Source of the DNA: Candidatus Dojkabacteria bacterium
GTDB taxonomy: Bacteria; Patescibacteriota; Dojkabacteria; JAOAGR01
Assembly: GCA_025999155.1 (NCBI GenBank)
Contig: AP026679.1
Location: 291,996-355,995 of the forward strand
Reading direction: 5' to 3'
DNA length: 64,000 nt
Each line of letters starts with the position of its first letter. Positions within the stretch are counted from its first letter, which is position 1. Shown piece after piece: positions 20,700 through 31,329 of the stretch. The translations under genes and the position numbers were made by a program. Below the pieces are notes generated by a model, which saw only the letters and a program-made list of their open reading frames with translations, had not been told where the DNA came from and searched no databases.

Positions 20700-21343
20700 T
20701 TACTCGACACTAAACTCCTCTATCGTAAAGCCCTCTTCTGTATTACCAACCATTGTAATAACCACTACATTATTACGATAATTGAACGCTATTAATTTCA
20801 TCGTGTTAACGCCAGTATTGTAAGGAGATTCCCCATCAATCTTAAATAACACAAACTGCAATAACAAATCAGCTGAAGACTTACTTTCTAAATAATCACA
20901 AAAATCACTTATCTTTTTTGCCTGTTCTATAAACTCTGCTTCTGTAGTATCCTGCCTAAACTTTTCAAGAGTCCTAGTTCGATAAGTATTCGATAATTCA
21001 GAATCAGATTTTTCGCAGACTGTCTTATCCAACTGCGATACAAAAACTTTTTTTGTTCATCCGCAAAGGCTAACTCATTAGCAACTAGCAAAAACGAACA
21101 AACAGTACATACACAACAAACTATGACCAAAACAATACAAGATATTAAAACAAAAGACTTCATCTTACTTCCAGATTTACTCTGAGGTACACCATACACA
21201 GCCTGGGGTGCCGAACCTGACACCGAGCCCACAGCAGGTGGTGCATTAACACGCATAGCCGGAGGATTGGTGGGAGAATATTGCGGTAGATTATGATTAA
21301 CAGAGACTACGTTTTGCGGATTTACTTGAGTGTTCATAAACAA
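20700..21343 (-). pseudogene. small membrane-anchored protein, paralog B, disrupted by a 1-nt frameshift (two overlapping ORFs 20927-21343 and 20700-21032)
   Basis: N-part and C-part align with the N- and C-halves of the intact 219-aa paralog at 23322-23981; B is 1 nt shorter within an A7GT5 homopolymer (forward A5CT7 at about 21043-21054). Confidence 0.55.
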
Positions 21344-21475
21344 CTATTCTTAAAAATTAAAAGACCCAAGCCATTCTAAAACTACATACCACATTCGTCA
21401 ACGTCTACAAGAAAAACCAAACACAACCCTCCCTTAATTTGAACTAACTATTTATTGCTAAGTTACAAATTTAAT

Positions 21476-22768
21476 TTATCTATTCACATAATACACAAAA
21501 GTAGAAGCCCTATTCATAACATCATTCTGTTTAGAAGAATCCTCAAAATCGTCTACATCAGAAAGTTTATCAATATACCTAAACTCAATACGACCATCAG
21601 GGTAAGCAACAGGACTAAAATCTCCAAAATTGAATATAAAAATTTCCTTTCCAACAGTGTCCTTGCCAAGTACGGTCTCTACACTGCCATCATCAAGATT
21701 AATCTTTAGAACCGACTTAAAAAAACCCAGTCGTACGAGAGATTCTCCATAAAGAATAACATAATTCCTCCCTCTATAAACAACCGAACCAAAGGTCATA
21801 ACAAGATTGGTATCATCGCCGTTAATCCGGTACAGACTAGGACCTACAGGACCAACACCCAAGCCGTTGAAATCTGGTGCAGCAATAAAATAATTATCAC
21901 CAAACTCAATAATACGCTGGAAAGATAAAGATCTCTGACCATCATTTATTTTATAAGTTTTTCCGTTTATCAAATGATAGCCGGCTACACTAACCCATGG
22001 ACCTTGATCCCCAAGTTGACAATCTAAAGGATTTTTCTCCAATATCGTATAAGCTAGGTCATTATTCTTATTGAGAGCGATGGAAGCTACAAAGTTCTCA
22101 GGTTCCGGAGCTGTATATATAACACTTACGTTCTTATTTGTATCCATCATCTTCACTTTATTTGGCTCATTAGTATCAACATAGTACAATCGCGTACCAT
22201 CCATACTGACCACAGGATGAGCAGGCAATCTACGCAGACAAGTATCATAATCGGAATAGTCCACAAAACCGTAAGGACGATCCATGACTAGTTCATTACC
22301 CAATCTGTACTCCAACTTAGAAGACTCACTATCGTAATGAACATTAAATTTATCCGAAGCAATAGGTACATTGGAATACAAAACTTTTGATACGTAATAA
22401 AAATAATATGAAGACATTACGAAATAATCCTTGCTTTCAGATGAATCAGATTTACTCGTACCAGACGAATCAGATGGACTTGTATTAGGCATACTTTGAC
22501 TAGAATTATTTGAAGAAAGCCCGAACGGAATCTTACTAGAATAAACCAAAGATACTAAAACAACAGAAACACACAGAACTCCCAGAGCAATTACTAAAAT
22601 ACTAATAACTAAAAATTGCTTGTTTTGAAGCATACCAGAGTCATTACTCACATTTAAGTGTGAAGTACTTGTACCTCTATCTGCTTGATTTTCCTCAGAG
22701 GTATTTAGTCCGCTTGAATTTAACATGATTGATTCTATCAAATTACATGACTCTAATCTAGACATCAA
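21476..22768 (-). CDS. membrane-anchored beta-propeller-like surface protein, paralog B
   Basis: collinear with 17695-18912 and 24122-25384 (SKLEYRLG.ELVMD, CLRRLPAHPVVSMDGTRLYYVDTNEPNKVKMMDTNKNVSVIYTAP, GYHLINGKTYKI, LYRING..). Confidence 0.6.
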   Translation of the reverse strand: MMSRLESCNLIESIMLNSSGLNTSEENQADRGTSTSHLNVSNDSGMLQNKQFLVISILVIALGVLCVSVVLVSLVYSSKIPFGLSSNNSSQSMPNTSPSDSSGTSKSDSSESKDYFVMSSYYFYYVSKVLYSNVPIASDKFNVHYDSESSKLEYRLGNELVMDRPYGFVDYSDYDTCLRRLPAHPVVSMDGTRLYYVDTNEPNKVKMMDTNKNVSVIYTAPEPENFVASIALNKNNDLAYTILEKNPLDCQLGDQGPWVSVAGYHLINGKTYKINDGQRSLSFQRIIEFGDNYFIAAPDFNGLGVGPVGPSLYRINGDDTNLVMTFGSVVYRGRNYVILYGESLVRLGFFKSVLKINLDDGSVETVLGKDTVGKEIFIFNFGDFSPVAYPDGRIEFRYIDKLSDVDDFEDSSKQNDVMNRASTFVYYVNR

Positions 22769-22861
22769 TTACATCAACAATAAAGAAAACACAAGATCTA
22801 CAGGCCCTATTATCGATACAGGATAATTATAAACCGACATCAAAAAACCAATATAATTATT

Positions 22862-23016
22862 TCTTTTCAACAAAATCTACATGCTTACATACATTAGGGT
22901 CACATTTTCTTTCTCAGAGCTAACTTACATCGGCTTTAGGGCTTTTATAAGTATAATATACGTAACCAAAAGCAGATACTAACCTGATTAAGTTTTTTTA
23001 CCTTTATTACAAGACA
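22862..23016 (-). pseudogene. rpmG (L33) pseudogene, copy B
   Basis: nucleotide homology to the rpmG gene at 20062-20229 but with in-frame stops after codon 9 and altered frame. Confidence 0.55.
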
Positions 23017-23149
23017 TCTGTCGAAAGTAGGTATGACCTAAGCACGAAACATGAAAATAAAAGAATAAAAAACACAGATAACGCAATAAAAACAAACAAA
23101 CCTAGCGATCGAAAGAAAAATATGAAAAAGGATCATGCACTACCTAAAA

Positions 23150-23225
<76 letters not shown>

Positions 23226-23321
23226 ACCGTATTGCGCACAAATAACGTCACATAAACTATCCCCGACAAAACAACAAAATATAAACATAAGGACCTGTCC
23301 ACCATCCAAAACTCTTACAAC

Positions 23322-23981
23322 CTATTTTGATGCAACTTCTGCTATAACAAAATTCTTTATTTTAAAACCTTCTTGTGTATTACCAACCATTACAATACTC
23401 ACTCCATCACCATTGTAATTAGATACCACTAATGCCATTTTGTTCACACCAGTGTCATACGGACTCACCCCCTCAATTCCCAAAATTATACCTTGAGAAT
23501 ATAAATCAATCGCCGATTTACCTTCTAAATGATTACAAATACCACTGATCTTTTTAGCTTGTTTTACAAAATCTGCTTCTGTAGTACTTTGCCTAAACTC
23601 TTCCAGAGTCTTAGTTCTATAAACCCTCGATAGATCAGAGTCAGATTTTTCGCAGACTGTCTTATCCAACTCCGACACTATAATCTTTTTATGTTGTTCT
23701 ACAGCCGTAACATTACCATTAACCAGAACAGATAGAAAAACAGTACACACACAACAAACTACAAACAAAACAATACCAGATATTAAAAAACAGGACTTGT
23801 TTTTACTTCCAGCTTTATTCTGAGGTACACCATACACAGCCTGGGGTGCCGAACCTGACACCGACCCCACAGTAGGCTGTACATTGACACCCATAGCCGA
23901 AGGACCGGCGGGATAATGCTGTGGCAGATTATGATTAACAGAGACTACGTTTTGCGGATTTACTTGAGTGTTCATAAACAA
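23322..23981 (-). CDS. small membrane-anchored protein, paralog C (intact, 219 aa)
   Basis: Pro/Gln-rich N-terminus, Cys-rich TM helix (CFLISGIVLFVVCCVCTVFL), conserved C-domain VCEKSDSDLS..YRTKTLEEFRQ..TEA.F..QAKKI...GNTEEGFKIK. Confidence 0.6.
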   Translation of the reverse strand: MFMNTQVNPQNVVSVNHNLPQHYPAGPSAMGVNVQPTVGSVSGSAPQAVYGVPQNKAGSKNKSCFLISGIVLFVVCCVCTVFLSVLVNGNVTAVEQHKKIIVSELDKTVCEKSDSDLSRVYRTKTLEEFRQSTTEADFVKQAKKISGICNHLEGKSAIDLYSQGIILGIEGVSPYDTGVNKMALVVSNYNGDGVSIVMVGNTQEGFKIKNFVIAEVASK

Positions 23982-24121
23982 CTATTCTTAAAAATTAAAA
24001 GACCCAAGCCATTCTAAAACTACATTCAATACTCGTCAATATGCATAAGAAAAATTACAAACAACGCGATCTCCATATAATTTTAACTAACTTATTGCAA
24101 AGTTAACAATTAAATAAACAT

Positions 24122-25384
24122 TTATCTATCAATATCATACACAAAAGTAGAAGCTGTATTCCGAGCCTCATCCAGTCTAGAAGGATCTTCAGAATCCTCA
24201 ACATCATCTATAGAAATTTTATCAGTATACTTAAACTCGATACGACCATCAGAGTAAACAACGGGACCAAAATCAATAAAATCAAATATGAGAATCTCCT
24301 TTCCAACAGTATCTGGACCTAGTAAGGTCTCTATACTACCGTCATCAAGATTCACCTTTAAAACAGACTTAGCAACACCCGAAAGAAAATATTGTCCGTA
24401 AAGAATAATATAATTACTTCCCCTATAAACCACTGGACCAAAAGTCATGACATGTTCGACATTAGCTTCGTTAATCCGGTATAAAATAGGGCCTACAGGA
24501 CTAAACTCTGCAGCAGCGATAAAGTAATTATCTCCGAAATCAATAATAACCTCATCAGACGCAGCAACAAACCTCTCACCATTATTTATTTTATACATGT
24601 TTCCATTTATTAAATGATAGCCAGTTACACCACCATCCGATTGACAAAATAATACAGGTCTTTTTTCAAATATTGTATAAGCTAAATCGTTATTCTTGTT
24701 GATAGCAATAGAAGCTATAAAATTCTCAGGTTCAGGGGTAGTATATATAACACTTACGTTCTTATTTGTATCCATCATTTTTACTTTATTAGGATCCTCA
24801 ATATCAACAAAGTATAACCGTGTACCATCCGTACTAGTCACAGGATAGGCAGGCAACCTCGGTCGACAACTATCATTTCCATTAAGTGTTAAATCATAAA
24901 AGCCGTAAGAACGATCCATGACTAGCTCACTACCCAACCTATATTCAAACTTAGAGGACCCACTATCATAATAAACATTAAACCTATCGGAATCTGGAAC
25001 ACCTCGAAGATAAAATAAAGAATTCGCATAATAAAAAGAATATGAAGGAGATAGGAAATAACCCCCACCTCCAGGTGAATCAGATGTACCATTACTAGAC
25101 ATCTCGTGATCATAATTGTTTGAAAAAACTCCTGGATGAATCTCACTAAAATAAGAATCGAAAACCCTCATAATAATATCTAAAGATACCAGAGTAATAT
25201 CACGACCATACATAAGTCCGACGGGACATAATACACTTAATAGAAAAACAACAGTTAAACAGTTACCTAAAAATTGCATCTTTTGAGGCAGACCATAGTC
25301 ACCATTCACATTTAAATGTGAAGTATTTGTACTTTTATCCTCTTGATTTTCCTTAGAAGTATTTTGATCCTCTGCAGTCAACAT
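24122..25384 (-). CDS. membrane-anchored beta-propeller-like surface protein, paralog C
   Basis: same motif series as paralogs A and B. Confidence 0.6.
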   Translation of the reverse strand: MLTAEDQNTSKENQEDKSTNTSHLNVNGDYGLPQKMQFLGNCLTVVFLLSVLCPVGLMYGRDITLVSLDIIMRVFDSYFSEIHPGVFSNNYDHEMSSNGTSDSPGGGGYFLSPSYSFYYANSLFYLRGVPDSDRFNVYYDSGSSKFEYRLGSELVMDRSYGFYDLTLNGNDSCRPRLPAYPVTSTDGTRLYFVDIEDPNKVKMMDTNKNVSVIYTTPEPENFIASIAINKNNDLAYTIFEKRPVLFCQSDGGVTGYHLINGNMYKINNGERFVAASDEVIIDFGDNYFIAAAEFSPVGPILYRINEANVEHVMTFGPVVYRGSNYIILYGQYFLSGVAKSVLKVNLDDGSIETLLGPDTVGKEILIFDFIDFGPVVYSDGRIEFKYTDKISIDDVEDSEDPSRLDEARNTASTFVYDIDR

Positions 25385-25550
25385 AATTAATTTTATTCAA
25401 TTACGTAACTTTAATCCATAAATCAACTTACATAAAAATAAAGAAAACATTAGATCTACAACGTACTGTTATCGATGCAAGGTAGGAGAAAAAACTAATT
25501 TAATTAGAAACCTACATCAAAAAGCAAAAAGCTAATATAAACTATTTCGT

Positions 25551-25690
25551 TACAACAAAATCCATATACTTACATACATTAGAGCCGTATTTTCTCAGAG
25601 AGAACGTACCATCAGCTTTACGGCTTTTATAAGTATAAACATACATAGCTAGAAGCAGATACCAATTTGATTAATTTTTATATCTTTTTA
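25551..25690 (-). pseudogene. rpmG (L33) pseudogene, copy C (more degraded)
   Basis: recognisable nucleotide similarity to rpmG (..ttacatacattag.gc..tattttct....ga..tacc.tcagctttacggcttttataagtata..) without an ORF. Confidence 0.45.
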
Positions 25691-25819
25691 ATCTTATCAC
25701 GTTTAATTTATCGAAAAGTAGTATGATCTAGTATTGTCATCAAAAATAAAGATCTTGTACCATCTAAATACGTCTATCATCCAAGATCGTTACAACCAAA
25801 GGATTTATTGTGTAAAAAT

Positions 25820-26380
25820 TTAATCACGACTTAATGCTTCTTCAACAACGCTATGTTCCGCTGCAAGAAACCTCTTTATTTTAAAACCTTCTTCTGTATT
25901 ACCATAGAATCGAATAAATACTAAATGACCATCATAATCAAATGACACTAATATCCTAGAGTGATTAGTACCTCTACTACTAACTGTACAAACAGATCCA
26001 ACGAATGTAAATTGCGAGTACAAAGTCAACGCCGAGTTATTTTCCAAATAATCACAAATCTTACGGACTTTTCTTGCCTGTTCTATAAACTCTGCTTCTG
26101 TCATATTTTGTCTAAGCTCTTCGAAAGTCCTAGTTCGATAAGTCTTAGATAGATCAGAATCTGATTTGTCACAGACTGTATCATATAACTCTGATACCAA
26201 ACTTCTTTTCTCTAATTCCGAACATCGAACAAACATGCCGCCAAAACATCCACCAAAAAGTAAAGCCAAGGTAAAAACTTTGGTAATCGCAAAAAAAGAC
26301 TGTAAAAAAAGATGGATTTTATCTCTAGATTTCTTCTTGGACATACCACACACGGCCTGCTGGAGTGATGGATCCGACAC
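25820..26380 (-). CDS. small membrane-anchored protein, divergent paralog D
   Basis: shares the C-domain (VCDKSDSDLSKTYRTRTFEELRQNMTEAEFIEQARK...YGNTEEGFKIKRF) and a TM helix; different N-terminus; no adjacent large partner. Confidence 0.5.
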   Translation of the reverse strand: MSDPSLQQAVCGMSKKKSRDKIHLFLQSFFAITKVFTLALLFGGCFGGMFVRCSELEKRSLVSELYDTVCDKSDSDLSKTYRTRTFEELRQNMTEAEFIEQARKVRKICDYLENNSALTLYSQFTFVGSVCTVSSRGTNHSRILVSFDYDGHLVFIRFYGNTEEGFKIKRFLAAEHSVVEEALSRD

Positions 26381-26718
26381 CTGACCAGTAACAGACCGCT
26401 CATTAATTATAGCAGAAGCATAGGGAGAGAGTGATTATATCCCATATTCGTCAATGTGCATCAGAAAATTTATACAGGATCAACTTTATGGCTGATTTAC
26501 ACTAAATTATTGGAAAATCAATAGTCGGGAATTTATATACGTAATCTGAAAAATAACCTTTACATCAAAATAAAAAACGATTGACACACGAAATTCTAAA
26601 ACGTGTATTAATTCTCAATTTTAACCCGAGTTCACATCAGAAACCTTAAAACTCATTTAGCTGGGTAAACTATGAACAAAGAGATAGAAAAAGTAAGAAA
26701 AAAGAAAAACGTACGGCA

Positions 26719-26805
26719 GTGGTGCAAGCGGGTGGATTTGAACCACCGTAGACACAAGGTCGCCAGATTTACAGTCTGGTGCGTTTGACCACTCCGCCAC
26801 ACTTG
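26719..26805 (-). tRNA. tRNA-Tyr (GTA), type II with long variable arm
   Basis: acceptor GCAAGTG/CGCTTGC, anticodon stem-loop CCAGA-CTGTAAA-TCTGG, 15-nt variable arm, T-loop GGTGGTTCAAATCCACC, CCA encoded. Confidence 0.8.
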
Positions 26806-26944
26806 CACGACACATCATTTTACATCGATAAAGTCAATTGTTCAATACAAAGGATTATCAAGCAATATAAATATAACCACGTATAGAACAAAACTAATGC
26901 TAAAAAGGTTTTTAATTAGCCGACTAAAATTAATAAGAAAAACT

Positions 26945-27328
26945 TCATTCTATAGATGTACTAGAATTATTGATACATTGTGTAAGTTCTTCATTTGGAG
27001 TCCACCCACATTTGCCATCACTTTGTAATTCACACTTAGCAAAAGGCTGTTTATAACAAGCAAATTCTTCTTTCCAAATGCACATTGAAGAGACATCCTC
27101 ACCAGCTTTCACACATAATTCACCACTACATCCAGCAACGACACATGCACTACTACCATCACTAGGTTGATTTAATTGATCTGGTTCTTCGATCTTAGAA
27201 ACATCCGACTTCATATCGTCATTCATCACATTATAGAAAATCACTCCCGCAAGCAAAGATACAGATAAAAATAGGACAACAATAGTGATTAATTTTTTTT
27301 GAGATATGTTATTTACAATATTTGACAT
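26945..27328 (-). CDS. small secreted/anchored cysteine-rich protein (8 Cys in about 60 aa)
   Basis: N-terminal hydrophobic signal/anchor, then CVVAGCSGELC...CIWKEEFAC...C...GKCGW...QC. Confidence 0.5.
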   Translation of the reverse strand: MSNIVNNISQKKLITIVVLFLSVSLLAGVIFYNVMNDDMKSDVSKIEEPDQLNQPSDGSSACVVAGCSGELCVKAGEDVSSMCIWKEEFACYKQPFAKCELQSDGKCGWTPNEELTQCINNSSTSIE

Positions 27329-27468
27329 GTAAATAGTAAATCAAGATATTGACGTTTTGTAAAGTAGTGACATTCTAAAACAAAATTCGAGGAAAAATGA
27401 TGACGTGAACCTATTCAAGATTATTTAATTAAAAAATGTAGAGCTAAGTCCGAATTTATAAAGGAAAA

Positions 27469-27543
27469 TGGTGACTCTACGGGGAATCGAACCCCGGTTT
27501 CATGGCTGAAAACCATGCGTACTAACCGCTGTACGATAGAGTC
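27469..27543 (-). tRNA. tRNA-Glu (TTC)
   Basis: acceptor GACTCTA/TAGAGTC, anticodon stem-loop CATGG-TTTTCAG-CCATG, T-loop GGGGTTCGATTCCCC, CCA encoded. Confidence 0.85.
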
Positions 27544-27687
27544 AAGCAGTTTATCTTAACATAAGAATTCAATTTTGAGAATAAATAATCAAGGTACTGT
27601 ATCGGATAAAAGAGGGTATTCAAATTAATACTAAAGAGGCAGACTACCAATCCGAGAGTGTTTAAAATCATCGGCGGAATACTTATT

Positions 27688-27993
27688 TCAATGCTTATCA
27701 AACTTCGAAATACGACCCGAAATCTGAGATTCAATCTTATCAATTAAGCTATATAATTCTTCTCCTGAAGAAGTAAAAAATAATGACTTATTGTGATAAA
27801 CAATACTTACCGAAATAGAAAAAGCCTCCCGCCCGCTATCATGCAGTTTCTTTAGATGGACCTCCTTCAAGACAATATTTCTGTTTACAAATTTTGGCTT
27901 ACTAAATTTCTGTCGAATATATTCTGTAATTGCGTCTGTATGTGTTACATTCTCAAAATTTATAACGAAATTTGTTGTATTTTCCATATTCAT
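27688..27993 (-). CDS. hpf: ribosome hibernation promoting factor / RaiA (short HPF)
   Basis: about 100 aa; VINFENVTHTDAITEYIRQKF...VHLKK...SISVSIVYHNKSLFF matches the YfiA/HPF fold signature. Confidence 0.7.
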   Translation of the reverse strand: MNMENTTNFVINFENVTHTDAITEYIRQKFSKPKFVNRNIVLKEVHLKKLHDSGREAFSISVSIVYHNKSLFFTSSGEELYSLIDKIESQISGRISKFDKH

Positions 27994-28100
27994 TATTTAA
28001 GTTAACAAAGGGTACAGTTCATGATAAACGTATATTAGTAAAAAAACAAACTCACTTCTAGCAAATCACCATCGATGAAATATTTCTGTAACCCTATTTT

Positions 28101-28174
28101 TGGCAGGGGCGGAGAGACTCGAACTCCCGTTGGCGGTTTTGGAGACCGCAGTCCTACCACTGAACGACACCCCC
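28101..28174 (-). tRNA. tRNA-Trp (CCA)
   Basis: 3' half GGGAGTTCGAGTCTCTCCGCCCCTGCCA identical to E. coli tRNA-Trp; anticodon loop CT-CCA-AA. Confidence 0.85.
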
Positions 28175-28368
28175 AGTATGCCTATGCTGACTATCTATAC
28201 TGATTATAACGGAAAAATATTGATTAACAAATGGATCCTAATAATCGCGATTTTTTTATATCTTGAAATACTTATCATCACTCAAAAATTTGTTTTTCAA
28301 TAACATCAATTAATGAATTGGCGAGCTGGATTGAGACCAAATTATATCCCCTACTCCATGATCAGCAT

Positions 28369-28855
28369 TCAATCTACGTGCCAAAATAAAGAAATAATCA
28401 GAGAGTCTATTAAGTAATACACCAAAAGTTTTATTGAAACACTTTCTCCTAGTGGAAAACCGAACAAAAATTCTTTCAGTAGTGCGAGTTTTAGTACGAC
28501 AAATGTGACAAATTGCAGCAGAATCGTGCCCCCAGGTAATATAAAATTACGCAAATCTTCAAGAATTTATCATATGCATAAATCTTAGACTCTAAATGCT
28601 TAGTCAAACTACCAAAATCTACAAAACTTACACATTTTGGATTTGCAATTTCTGATCCTGCCACAAAAAGCGTTTCTTGTATAAGTCGTAACTCCAAATG
28701 ATATTTATCCGATACCTTACTAATTAATAAACCAATAAAAGAATTTAGCTCATCAATTTGTCCTAACAATTTATCCGTTGACTACATTTCATGACCCGAG
28801 AACCATCAAATAAAGATGTTTCTCCTTCATCTCCCAATTTTGTGTAAATCTTCAT
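28369..28855 (-). pseudogene. PduO-type ATP:cob(I)alamin adenosyltransferase homolog, disrupted by at least two frameshifts
   Basis: hand translation of 28855 downward gives MKIYTKLGDEGETSLFDGSRV then a frame change to STDKLLGQIDELNSFIGLL (PduO N-terminal signature), then a second break before ..ILPGG..; the ATG lies 1 nt after the stop of the upstream ORF. Confidence 0.55.
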
Positions 28856-28856
28856 T

Positions 28857-30107
28857 TTACTCTTCTAAATAAGGTAATTCAATATCGTTGATTTTAGGTA
28901 AAGCGTTACCCATAATACCCTGCATATCTCCGAGTATAGATAATGTTCCTTCAGTCATTCTCTTAATCTGCATTTCGCGCTCCGCCCAAATCTTCATGTA
29001 TGCTTTTTTTTCCTTATCCAACTGTAATTGCATGGACTTATAACTTTCTAAAACGGAAATGATCTTATTTCGAAAAAGATCAGAAGACAAATAATGATAA
29101 ATCTGAGACATTTTTGCTTCTTTCCCTTCTAATAATCTTTCTATACGTTTTATTTCGAATAAGTTCATCCGTAATACATTGGCTAGTTGTAAACAATTAT
29201 CGAAGTTTGTTATCCATACACCATCTTTCAAATCAAAACTCTGAATTTCATCAGGTAATGTATAAGTGACAAGAATACCGAAGTTTCCTTGTGCCTTGAT
29301 CACATCATCCTTTAACTTACTAATCCAATCATAATTAAATGTTTTTGTGCGTTTACTTTCCCAAACTATCTTGCCATACACACGACCGGTTTTATCTTTT
29401 ACAATCTGAATTATGTCTGCACCCATAGTACCTTTGGGAACTTCTTGGATTTCATCGTAAGGGAAAAATTCTCTCATCCTTTGTTCGAGATCTATTTCTT
29501 GTAATTCACCAACAAATCTCTCAGATTTCGTAGTGGCCTTACGTTGGGCTTCCTCTAGAGCTTTTTGCATATCTGAAAGTTTTTTTTCATATTCTAAAGA
29601 CTGAAGCCTTATGCGTTCCTGAAATTCTTTTTGTACTGAAGCTATAAGCTTCTCTCTTTCTTCATCTAATCTACGAGCAAGAGCTAATTCGATATTACGT
29701 TTTTCTTCTTCGATTTTACGGCGCTCTGATCTCAATTCTAATTCCACTTTTTGAGCAGCCTGCAGTTGCTCTAGATATTCCTGATTCTGTCTCTTTAAAT
29801 CCTCTAGCTCAAGTTCGATATTAGCTCTCGCTTGCTTTTCTAATTCTGATTTTAATTTTTTTTGGATATCAAGTAATTCTTGATCAAATTTTTCTCTTAA
29901 TTCTTTTTCTTTTCTTTGTAGAATCTCATTTAGAGACTTTTCTTTTTCTTCTAATTTGACCGATAATTCTGCCTTCTGCCGGTTTAAATCTTCAAGTTTT
30001 TTCTGTAATTCATTTTCAAACTGTTGACGAATCTGTTGAGTTAAAGCTTCGCTTATAGGGATTTTTGTCCCACATTCAGGACAGACAATAAACTGTATTT
30101 CGGACAT
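28857..30107 (-). CDS. zinc-ribbon plus long coiled-coil protein with globular C-domain (DUF2130-like)
   Basis: N-terminal CPECG..(zinc ribbon), about 200 aa heptad-rich E/K/Q coiled coil, C-terminal GTMGADIIQIVKDKTGRVYGKIVWESKRTK domain. Confidence 0.5.
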   Translation of the reverse strand: MSEIQFIVCPECGTKIPISEALTQQIRQQFENELQKKLEDLNRQKAELSVKLEEKEKSLNEILQRKEKELREKFDQELLDIQKKLKSELEKQARANIELELEDLKRQNQEYLEQLQAAQKVELELRSERRKIEEEKRNIELALARRLDEEREKLIASVQKEFQERIRLQSLEYEKKLSDMQKALEEAQRKATTKSERFVGELQEIDLEQRMREFFPYDEIQEVPKGTMGADIIQIVKDKTGRVYGKIVWESKRTKTFNYDWISKLKDDVIKAQGNFGILVTYTLPDEIQSFDLKDGVWITNFDNCLQLANVLRMNLFEIKRIERLLEGKEAKMSQIYHYLSSDLFRNKIISVLESYKSMQLQLDKEKKAYMKIWAEREMQIKRMTEGTLSILGDMQGIMGNALPKINDIELPYLEE

Positions 30108-30199
30108 AATCGATTATAGATTATTTTGTGATCGATACATGATATGTAAATACTAAAAAATATCATATAAATTGAGAAATAAAATTAGTAGAATCTCCT

Positions 30200-30715
30200 A
30201 TGAAAAAGTTAAGCAAAAAAGAGATCAAAAAATTTTTTAAGGAGGAACGATATCGTAAACAAAACATTGTAATCATACTTGATAATCTACAATATACAAG
30301 AAATGTAGCATCTATTTTTAGAACTGCAGAAGCAGCGGGTGTCAAAAAAATCTATCTTACAGGTATTACCCCTCAACCCCAATTCGATCAAGAATTTCAG
30401 CACGTATCACGTAAAAAAGAAAAACTCGTTGATTGGGAATATGAACAAAATGCTTATTGGGTCTTAGAACAATTAAAGAAACAAGGATTTATACGTATTG
30501 CAGTTGAACTGACCAATACCGCTATACCCTTATATAAATTAAAAGATATAGTTAATGCCAACGATAAAATATGCTTTGTATTTGGTAGTGAAATACATGG
30601 ATTATCAAAAACAACACTCAAAAACTGTGATGAGTCAGTGTTTATTCCAATGTACGGTAAAGGGGCCAGCTTAAATGTCGCTGTTTGTGCAGGTATAATA
30701 TTGTATAGTTTCTAA
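30200..30715 (+). CDS. SpoU/TrmH-family RNA 2'-O-methyltransferase (SPOUT)
   Basis: [14 protein letters not shown] (motif 1), FGSEIHGLS (motif 2), [15 protein letters not shown] (motif 3). Confidence 0.75.
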   Translation: MKKLSKKEIKKFFKEERYRKQNIVIILDNLQYTRNVASIFRTAEAAGVKKIYLTGITPQPQFDQEFQHVSRKKEKLVDWEYEQNAYWVLEQLKKQGFIRIAVELTNTAIPLYKLKDIVNANDKICFVFGSEIHGLSKTTLKNCDESVFIPMYGKGASLNVAVCAGIILYSF

Positions 30716-31329
30716 TTTTCAAACATTAACTCCTCAACCCTTTTCCAATCAACTACATTCCAAAAAGCATCAATATAGTCTGCTCTGCGATTTTGATATC
30801 TTAAATAATATGCATGTTCCCAAACATCCAGACCTAATACGGGTTTGCCAGATTCCTCTGCAATATCCATAAGAGGATTATCTTGATTTGGTGTAGACAC
30901 AAGCTTTAATTTGTTTTCCGAATCTTTGATCAACCAGGCCCACCCAGAACCAAATCTGTCAAGAGCAACTTTTTTAAACTCAGTTTTGAAATTATCAAAA
31001 TTACCGAAAAATTCCTTGATTTTATCCAGTAATTGTTCTGAAGGATTTGACAACTCGGGCGTCAAAATATCCCAGAAAAAAGAGTGATTCCAGTGTCCTC
31101 CTCCATTGTTTCTCACCTTCATACGGATATCTGCCGGTAAATCTCCTATACGTTGTAATAATTGTTCTAAAGAGAGACCAAGCAAGTTCGGATACTGCTC
31201 CAATGCTTTATTAAGATTATCAACATAAGCTTGATGATGTTTGGAGTGATGTATTTCCATAGTCATTGGATCTATACTTCGCTCCAATGTATTGTATTGA
31301 TATTTTAACTTTGGTAATTGGAATGCCAT
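30712..31329 (-). CDS. sodA: Fe/Mn superoxide dismutase
   Basis: [10 protein letters not shown], metal ligands, DVWEHAYYL signature. Confidence 0.9.
   Translation of the reverse strand: MAFQLPKLKYQYNTLERSIDPMTMEIHHSKHHQAYVDNLNKALEQYPNLLGLSLEQLLQRIGDLPADIRMKVRNNGGGHWNHSFFWDILTPELSNPSEQLLDKIKEFFGNFDNFKTEFKKVALDRFGSGWAWLIKDSENKLKLVSTPNQDNPLMDIAEESGKPVLGLDVWEHAYYLRYQNRRADYIDAFWNVVDWKRVEELMFEN

Noticed and set aside
26166-26403. Plus- and minus-strand small ORFs inside the small-protein paralog D region
   Set aside because: Alternative frames of the 25820-26380 gene; no support.
27522-27743. 73-aa minus-strand ORF
   Set aside because: It overlaps tRNA-Glu (27469-27543) and the start of hpf. Spurious.
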